Position numbers and translations under genes: made by a program. A DNA stretch of 41,282 bases from NCBI GenBank assembly GCA_016935395.1, contig JAFGQY010000060.1, positions 1 to 41,282 of the forward strand. Direction: 5' to 3'. How positions within the stretch are numbered: the stretch's first letter is position 1; every line of letters starts with the position of its first letter. Under the pieces are notes generated by a model. That model was not told the origin of the DNA and did no database searches. It worked only from the letters and a program-made list of their open reading frames with translations. Shown in pieces: positions 37,601-41,282 of the stretch. The DNA is from Parachlamydiales bacterium (GTDB lineage: Bacteria; Chlamydiota; Chlamydiia; Chlamydiales; SM23-39).

Positions 37601-38210
37601 TTAAATTTTCAAGCGCTGCATTATCTACCAAATTTTTTATATCGTTATAATCAATAACTTCAATCTTCTGTATCTCATGAGAAGTTCTAAAACCATCAAA
37701 AAAATGTAAAAAAGGCAGTGATGACTTTATAGCAGCTAAATGTGCAATCAAAGCTAAATCCATAACTTCTTGTACTGAAGCTGATGCTAAAATACAGACA
37801 CCTGTGGATCTTGCAGCCATAACATCTTGATGATCTCCAAATATCGAAAGAGCCTGTCCAGCAAGTGCTCTTGCTGCAACATGAAATACAGCAGGAAGAA
37901 GTTCTCCGGCCATTTTATACATATTAGGGATCATCAGCAAAAGTCCTTGAGATGCTGTGAATGTCGTTCCAAGTGCTCCAGCAGATAGAGCTCCATGCAG
38001 CGTTCCGGCAGCTCCTGCTTCAGATTGCATTTCAACTACAACAGCTTCTTTTCCAAAAATATTTTTTCTTCCTTTTGAAGACCATTCATCCGCAAGCTCA
38101 GCCATAGAAGAAGAAGGTGTTATTGGATAAATTGCGCATACTTCAGATAGAGCATATGCAACATGTGTTGCTGCTGAATTTCCATCCATAGACTTTTTAT
38201 TTTTAGCCAT
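34686..38210 (-). CDS. nifJ: Pyruvate:ferredoxin (flavodoxin) oxidoreductase, single-polypeptide homodimeric type
   Basis: 1174 aa. It has two [4Fe-4S] ferredoxin motifs (CIQCNQCSFVCP and CTGCTNCVIVCP), the TPP-binding block GGDGWAYDIGYGGLDH and the N-terminal block AIYPITPSS. The length is typical of PFOR/NifJ. Confidence 0.95.
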   Translation of the reverse strand: MAKNKKSMDGNSAATHVAYALSEVCAIYPITPSSSMAELADEWSSKGRKNIFGKEAVVVEMQSEAGAAGTLHGALSAGALGTTFTASQGLLLMIPNMYKMAGELLPAVFHVAARALAGQALSIFGDHQDVMAARSTGVCILASASVQEVMDLALIAHLAAIKSSLPFLHFFDGFRTSHEIQKIEVIDYNDIKNLVDNAALENLRKRALNPNKPYVKVGGQNPDIYFQSMEALNPFYQKVPEIVKEQFDLLFKLTGRKYNFFDYYGAKDADRIIIAMGSGLETIEETVDYLNGKKEKVGVLKVRLFRPFVMDEFLKAIPASAQKIAVLDRTKEPTSIAEPLYLDVCTSFQNAKDNRTIVGGRYGLGSKEFTPSMVKAVFDNLKLENPKNHFTVGIVDDVTHTSLDVKEDLNTEAKDVVCCKFWGMGGDGTIGANKDAIKIIGDNTEKNVQGYFAYDSKKTSGYTISHLRFGDSKIRSTYEITNADYIACHHPAYVNRYDLIKGIKKGGIFVLNCPWSEKEIEEKIPAEMKRKIAEKEVKFYIINANDLAAKLGLEMRINMIMQTIFFSLSKILPIDEAIKLLKDAIEKTYAKKGDAVVNMNKNAVDSALKELKEIKYPSSWKEAPLKEREVDMSRPEFIKEVVDVLSALEGDVLPVSKFTRAGVFPMGTSKYEKRGLATQVSTWIPENCIQCNQCSFVCPHAAIRPFLLTDEEVKNAPEGLKVLKPLGKGMENLHFCIAITPYDCTGCTNCVIVCPAPKGKALQMKPIEEVKQINGKLWDYLINLPSREGVMGKFTLKGSQFKKPLFEFSGACAGCGETPYIKLLTQLYGSRMIIANATGCTSIYGAYPPSVPYTVDEKGRGPAWANSLFEDNAEYGFGIHLGETYRRHSLKILVEQVITANISDELKEVFSEWLKNFDEGENTQIFADKVIEKLEKEKDKNEILKDIYKQKDLLIKPSIWCLGGDGWAYDIGYGGLDHVLALGHDMNILVLDTEVYSNTGGQSSKATPLSAIAKFAAAGKRTFKKDLALMAMTYGNVYVAAISMGSDKMQVLRAFQEAESYKGPSLIIAFSPCIAHGLKCGMSGSQTEEKEAVESGYWVNFRYDPRLKEQGKNPFILDSKDPTLDVEKFISNQIRYDYLKKSHPEDADRLHKELSDHLKEKLKFYKKMAEKKEQ

Positions 38211-38298
38211 TTGAAAGCCCCTTAATTTTTTAAAATATGTAACCTTTATTATACAAAATTTTTCTAAATAGGAAACAAAAACTATTTTTTTTATTTTA

Positions 38299-38316
38299 TG
38301 TTTATGAACATAAACA
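38299..38316. promoter_or_regulatory. Inverted repeat TGTTTATG-AA-CATAAACA between the OMP gene stop and the PFOR start
   Basis: Perfect 8-nt arms with a 2-nt spacer, about 90 nt upstream of the PFOR ATG. T-runs flank it on the plus strand. It could be an operator or a terminator-like hairpin. Confidence 0.3.
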
Positions 38317-38370
38317 GATTTTTTTTAAATAAATTATTTTATTGAAATTAATATTTTTTATAAGAAATAT

Positions 38371-38928
38371 TTAAAATCTTTTTCCTAGTCCAAATCTCAA
38401 TTCTAGTCCCCCGATATTCACACTATTATTCGTATAAAAATGCAAATATCTTAAAGCAATTAGTGGAAAAAAGTTATTTTTTGCTTTAAATTCCAAACCG
38501 CTTTCAATTTCAAGTCCCATTATGGCTTTAAAAACTTTTGAAATATAACTACTTTCATGGGTAAACATTAATCCAGGTCCAAATGAAAGATAAAAAAGAT
38601 TATTTTCACCCGTTTTTGTTTTAAAATATAAAATGAGCGGCATTTCATATATTCTAGTTTTTTTCTCTAAAGCTAAGGTAGATCCCTGTTTTGTAGTAAA
38701 ACTAAATTTAGAGCCGATTGATAGATTGTTTTTAAACCAATATCCCCCATCAAATATCACATCAACCATCCAACGATTATAGATATTTCTAAAATCTCTA
38801 TCAGTATTATATTTAAAACCCAGTGATGTTGAAAAATAGGCTGGATCCATTTTCTTTATAATTTCATTATTCTGTGCAAATAATGAAAAAACAAAAAAGA
38901 CTAAATAAGGAAATATTTTTTTTATCAT
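38371..38928 (-). CDS. Small outer-membrane beta-barrel protein (OmpX/OmpW/opacity-like size class)
   Basis: 185 aa with a signal peptide (MIKKIFPYLVFFVFSLFAQ). It has alternating hydrophobic beta-strand patterning and a C-terminal beta-signal ending in Phe (LELRFGLGKRF). Its start overlaps the upstream gene stop (ATGA). Confidence 0.6.
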   Translation of the reverse strand: MIKKIFPYLVFFVFSLFAQNNEIIKKMDPAYFSTSLGFKYNTDRDFRNIYNRWMVDVIFDGGYWFKNNLSIGSKFSFTTKQGSTLALEKKTRIYEMPLILYFKTKTGENNLFYLSFGPGLMFTHESSYISKVFKAIMGLEIESGLEFKAKNNFFPLIALRYLHFYTNNSVNIGGLELRFGLGKRF

Positions 38929-40232
38929 GGCATCATTTTTTTATCTTTATCAAGATATGGTTCAACTTTCACCTTAGTATTTTCTAAAATGAAGGTATTA
39001 TTTTGAGTTTCACCAATATAAACCCAATTAAAATTGACATATTTATAGATTTTGTATTTATAAATTTGAATTGGTAATAAAGATTTTATATCCCATTCAA
39101 GTTTAACACGGTTATTTTCGCTAAATATATTTCTTTCATTTATTTTAGTAATATTTACCACATCAGCAAAATCATAAATTTTTGAAAATCCCATTTTATA
39201 TTCATTAGTTGAAGATGATCTTCCTGTATAAAAAATTTTCAAAGCTGGAAGATCTGTTCCTGTATCTGAAGAAAATCGCGCATTATCAAAAATAACCCAA
39301 GGAGTATAGGTAATCAATTCTCTCCAAGTTACAGAATCACTAACACTAATAGCCGGATTGTCAGAATCTTTTTCCCAGTTTATACCATCATTGGAAAAAG
39401 CATGGCCAATTCCTTGATTACTACCTGAATACCACATATGATAAATGTTGTTGAAATTTAATACGCTACATCTAAAAACAGCACCTGATTCCCAAGCCTG
39501 AGATGGAGATAAAACTGGTCTATCTCCAAATCTATTCCAATAAAGACCGTCCGTACTATATGCTAAACCAATATGCTCGGTGCCGGGGTCAACTCCTCCA
39601 TCTTCAAAATCAAAATACATAACATATCTAAAACTTAAGGGGTCTAGAGAATTGTTTTTTGCCTTCTGATTATAAATAATATAACCGGGACCATAAAGAT
39701 TGTGAAACCATGGATCACCGGATTTAACTAAAAATTTTTGGGGATTTTGGGTACAATATTGAACATCTTCCCAGTCAATACCATTTTTTGATTTTGCAAA
39801 AATATGTGTTGTAGCATTAGTTGGATTCACCGGTGGTGTAGTTGAACCTCTCCAGCACCACATTTTATAATAATATCCACCATCTTCTTTAAAAGCATTT
39901 TTGTCGTAAATAATTGTAGCTTGATATTGTGCCCCTTGCTGCAATGGCGCCGACGCATTAATAGAAACAGGAGTAGACCAAGTCAAACCATCATCAGATT
40001 CAGCATAGTAAATATATCTATTACCACCTTGTCTATCACTATACCAAGCTTTATAATAGCTTTCGTTTCCATGACCTGCAAATTTTTCTGCATCATATAA
40101 AACACAAGGATAATATCCCTGATTCGGATCAGATGGAAACACTGGATTAGATGTATATTCATCAAAATTTGTCCAATAAGATGAATACAAACGTAAATTC
40201 AAAAATAAAAACAGAAAAAATTTTCTTTTCAT
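38925..40232 (-). CDS. Secreted beta-propeller protein with Asp-box-like (S-x-D-G-x-x-W) repeats; sialidase/GH-like fold with a C-terminal beta-sandwich-like domain
   Basis: 435 aa with an N-terminal signal-like segment (MKRKFFLFLFLNLRLYSS). Repeated blade signatures are AESDDGLTWS, KSKNGIDWE, YSTDGLYWN and FSNDGINWE, each preceded by an aromatic-rich strand (YYKAWYS, YYKMWCW, YVMYFDF, YHMWYSG). I could not identify catalytic residues. Confidence 0.55.
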   Translation of the reverse strand: MKRKFFLFLFLNLRLYSSYWTNFDEYTSNPVFPSDPNQGYYPCVLYDAEKFAGHGNESYYKAWYSDRQGGNRYIYYAESDDGLTWSTPVSINASAPLQQGAQYQATIIYDKNAFKEDGGYYYKMWCWRGSTTPPVNPTNATTHIFAKSKNGIDWEDVQYCTQNPQKFLVKSGDPWFHNLYGPGYIIYNQKAKNNSLDPLSFRYVMYFDFEDGGVDPGTEHIGLAYSTDGLYWNRFGDRPVLSPSQAWESGAVFRCSVLNFNNIYHMWYSGSNQGIGHAFSNDGINWEKDSDNPAISVSDSVTWRELITYTPWVIFDNARFSSDTGTDLPALKIFYTGRSSSTNEYKMGFSKIYDFADVVNITKINERNIFSENNRVKLEWDIKSLLPIQIYKYKIYKYVNFNWVYIGETQNNTFILENTKVKVEPYLDKDKKMMP

Positions 40233-40307
40233 TATTTTCTAAAAAAAATTAAAAAAAAATATTAGGTAAAAAAAGACCTTTTGTAAAGGTAAAAAGCAAA
40301 TCATCTA

Positions 40308-40325
40308 ATTACTTGTACAAGTAAT
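40308..40325. promoter_or_regulatory. Perfect 18-bp palindrome ATTACTTGTACAAGTAAT abutting a TATAAT hexamer; candidate operator
   Basis: I verified by hand that it is its own reverse complement. Its last base is the first T of TATAAT (40325-40330). It lies in the divergent spacer between the propeller/OMP operon and the 40405 gene. A second small palindrome ACCTTT-TGT-AAAGGT sits at 40276-40290. Confidence 0.4.
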
Positions 40326-40404
40326 ATAATAATTTAATATAAAAAAAATATTGAATGAAATTAAAATTTCCATAAACTTTGTTTCATTTTTCAAGGAGAA
40401 AAAA

Positions 40405-40878
40405 ATGGATACTTTTTTTTATGTAAACGCAAAAAATCTTACTGAAAGTTCAGTTAAAGACTGTGAAAATAAAAACTATTTTGAATCCTGGAATAAAACT
40501 ATTCTAGCAAGGGTGAATTTTTTAGCGGATTCCATAATCAACACATTGATAATTCCCTTTACAACTCTTAAAATTTTGTTTCATTCTTTGACTGCTATAT
40601 ATACCTGGGGATATGAAATTACAAATTTAACAAATGCAATAAAGGAGCTTAAAAATAACATAAATCATTCGTTTGGTAGTTTTGTAGGCCTTTTTTCGAC
40701 AAAGCTTGCCTTAGATATTAGAAAAAGTGAAATTATAGAAACTTTATCTGCTGTTGCAGCCACAGCTATAGGTATCGCCTTTATATTTACTATGATTTTA
40801 AAAGTTACCGGATATTTTGCTGTTTGCAACGCTTATCCAATGTTTTATTGGGAACCTGGTTATTTTATGTATTATTAA
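40405..40878 (+). CDS. Hypothetical membrane protein (157 aa)
   Basis: The ATG at 40405 is preceded by AAGGAG, so the ORF-track start at 40351 is less likely. Hydrophobic segments are TLIIPFTTLKILFHSLTAIY and LSAVAATAIGIAFIFTMILKVTGYFAV. No family recognised. Confidence 0.45.
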   Translation: MDTFFYVNAKNLTESSVKDCENKNYFESWNKTILARVNFLADSIINTLIIPFTTLKILFHSLTAIYTWGYEITNLTNAIKELKNNINHSFGSFVGLFSTKLALDIRKSEIIETLSAVAATAIGIAFIFTMILKVTGYFAVCNAYPMFYWEPGYFMYY

Positions 40879-40882
40879 AAGA

Positions 40883-40966
40883 TGCCGATGACTGGAATCG
40901 AACCAGCACTTTGCAAGCAAAAGCAGATTTTGAATCTACCGCGTCTACCAATTCCGCCACATCGGC
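40883..40966 (-). tRNA. tRNA-Leu (anticodon CAA), 84 nt, no encoded CCA
   Basis: I folded the minus-strand sequence GCCGATGTGGCGGAATTGGTAGACGCGGTAGATTCAAAATCTGCTTTTGCTTGCAAAGTGCTGGTTCGATTCCAGTCATCGGCA by hand. It gives a 7-bp acceptor stem and a D arm GCG/CGC with a GG-containing loop. The anticodon stem is GTAGA/TCTGC with loop TTCAAAA. There is a long variable arm (TTTGC..GCAAA), a T arm GCTGG-TTCGATT-CCAGT and discriminator A. Confidence 0.9.
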
Positions 40967-41004
40967 AAAGGAAAAAAGAAAAGTTTATCATAAACTAACT
41001 TTTT

Positions 41005-41282
41005 TTAATATGTCAAATATCCTCTATGGGCTTTTTCCCAGCTATAGCTCACTTTTTTATCTTCTTGGCTATCATATAACACTTCTATGGAAATATAAGG
41101 ATAAGGGTGTCTATTTGAAAAGTCTCTGCCCTCATCAAAGTCATAAATTTTCACTAAAATCTCTTTATTATAGTATGCTGAATTTTTCAAAAAATCTTTT
41201 GATTTTGTATCTTCGAAAAACTCGGTATAGTTTTTGTTATTTTTATATTTTGATTTTTCAAGGTAATATTTTTCAATAAGGT
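41005..41282 (-). CDS. C-terminal fragment of a hypothetical protein (5' end outside the window)
   Basis: Hand translation shows the minus-strand frame of the 61-aa ORF stays open up to the window edge (LIEKYYLEKSKYKNNKNYTEFFEDTKSKDFLKNSAYYNKEIL...). No family recognised. Confidence 0.35.
   Translation of the reverse strand, partial: LIEKYYLEKSKYKNNKNYTEFFEDTKSKDFLKNSAYYNKEILVKIYDFDEGRDFSNRHPYPYISIEVLYDSQEDKKVSYSWEKAHRGYLTY

Noticed and set aside
755-40165. Numerous 60-110-aa ORFs nested antisense or out of frame inside long CDSs. Examples: 755-1069, 1940-2179, 2315-2545, 3241-3450, 4546-4734, 5017-5229, 5887-6075, 6119-6454, 8478-8711, 10342-10611, 12422-12631, 13328-13546, 14321-14503, 15531-15767, 16764-17060, 17763-18008, 21847-22044, 23581-23796, 25404-25622, 26888-27175, 30437-30766, 36864-37064 and 39983-40165.
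   Set aside because: Each lies within a longer ORF that has clear family motifs. Their products are low-complexity F/L/I/K/S-rich sequences typical of shadow frames in AT-rich DNA. None has a convincing Shine-Dalgarno.
8970-40404. N-terminal extensions in the ORF track for several genes: 8970 (MATE), 18409 (yebC), 26504 (HAD), 34118 (acidic ORF) and 40351 (membrane protein)
   Set aside because: In each case an internal ATG is preceded by a clear Shine-Dalgarno, or gives the canonical family N-terminus (for example MAGHSKWANIKH for YebC). I adjusted the starts accordingly.
40824-41279. 151-aa plus-strand ORF from the ORF track
   Set aside because: It runs straight across the well-folding tRNA-Leu(CAA) gene on the opposite strand and opposes the open minus-strand frame at 41005-41282. 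It has low-complexity sequence and no Shine-Dalgarno. I treat it as spurious.
1-41282. CRISPR arrays, IS elements, integrases, phage or conjugation genes, and rRNA
   Set aside because: I saw no direct-repeat/spacer periodicity and no transposase, integrase or recombinase motifs in any ORF. The only RNA gene I could fold is tRNA-Leu. The tRNA is not flanked by an integrase or by a duplicated 3' half.

Overview
Gene-dense, strongly AT-rich bacterial chromosomal segment with about 37 protein-coding genes and one tRNA-Leu(CAA). I saw no rRNA, CRISPR array, IS element, integrase or phage genes. All family calls rest on motifs read from the translations, because no searches could be run.

The marker genes point to phylum Chlamydiae, probably an environmental non-Chlamydiaceae lineage. 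They are an Npt/Tlc nucleotide transporter, a SWIB-domain protein, a plant-type soluble glycerol-3-phosphate acyltransferase and membrane proteins with Inc-like bilobed hydrophobic hairpins. The gene orders rng-plsB-M16 peptidase and yebC-DUF45 ... prfB-SWIB-ispD-truA-HAD also match, from memory, the Chlamydia trachomatis CT808-CT806 and CT457-CT464 neighbourhoods.

Housekeeping content:
- RNase G, GPAT and an insulinase-like peptidase
- class Ia ribonucleotide reductase (nrdAB)
- MATE efflux and Nudix proteins
- an oxidative pentose-phosphate operon (gnd-zwf-pgl)
- a DUF1343/NamZ-like protein and YebC
- prfB with its classic programmed +1 frameshift
- ispD, truA and a HAD hydrolase

Accessory or unusual content:
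1. A thioredoxin reductase-thioredoxin fusion with an N-terminal signal-peptide-like segment. It is sandwiched between two paralogous membrane-bound alkaline-phosphatase-superfamily (EptA/LtaS/YejM-like) proteins.
2. A block of TIGR02452-type macrodomain (PARG-like) protein, an unknown 261-aa protein and two tandem GNATs. It sits between otherwise syntenic yebC/DUF45 and prfB.
3. A 1174-aa pyruvate:ferredoxin oxidoreductase.
4. A translationally coupled pair of a secreted Asp-box beta-propeller and a small OMP beta-barrel.
5. A 611-aa protein with four bilobed hydrophobic hairpins.
6. A SWIB protein with a histone-H1/Hc-like lysine-rich tail.
7. A compositionally deviant acidic disordered ORF containing a (GAA)7 repeat.

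My best candidates for an undescribed system are the exported-looking TrxR-Trx / sulfatase-like paralog locus and the macrodomain/GNAT insertion. Both functional interpretations are inference.
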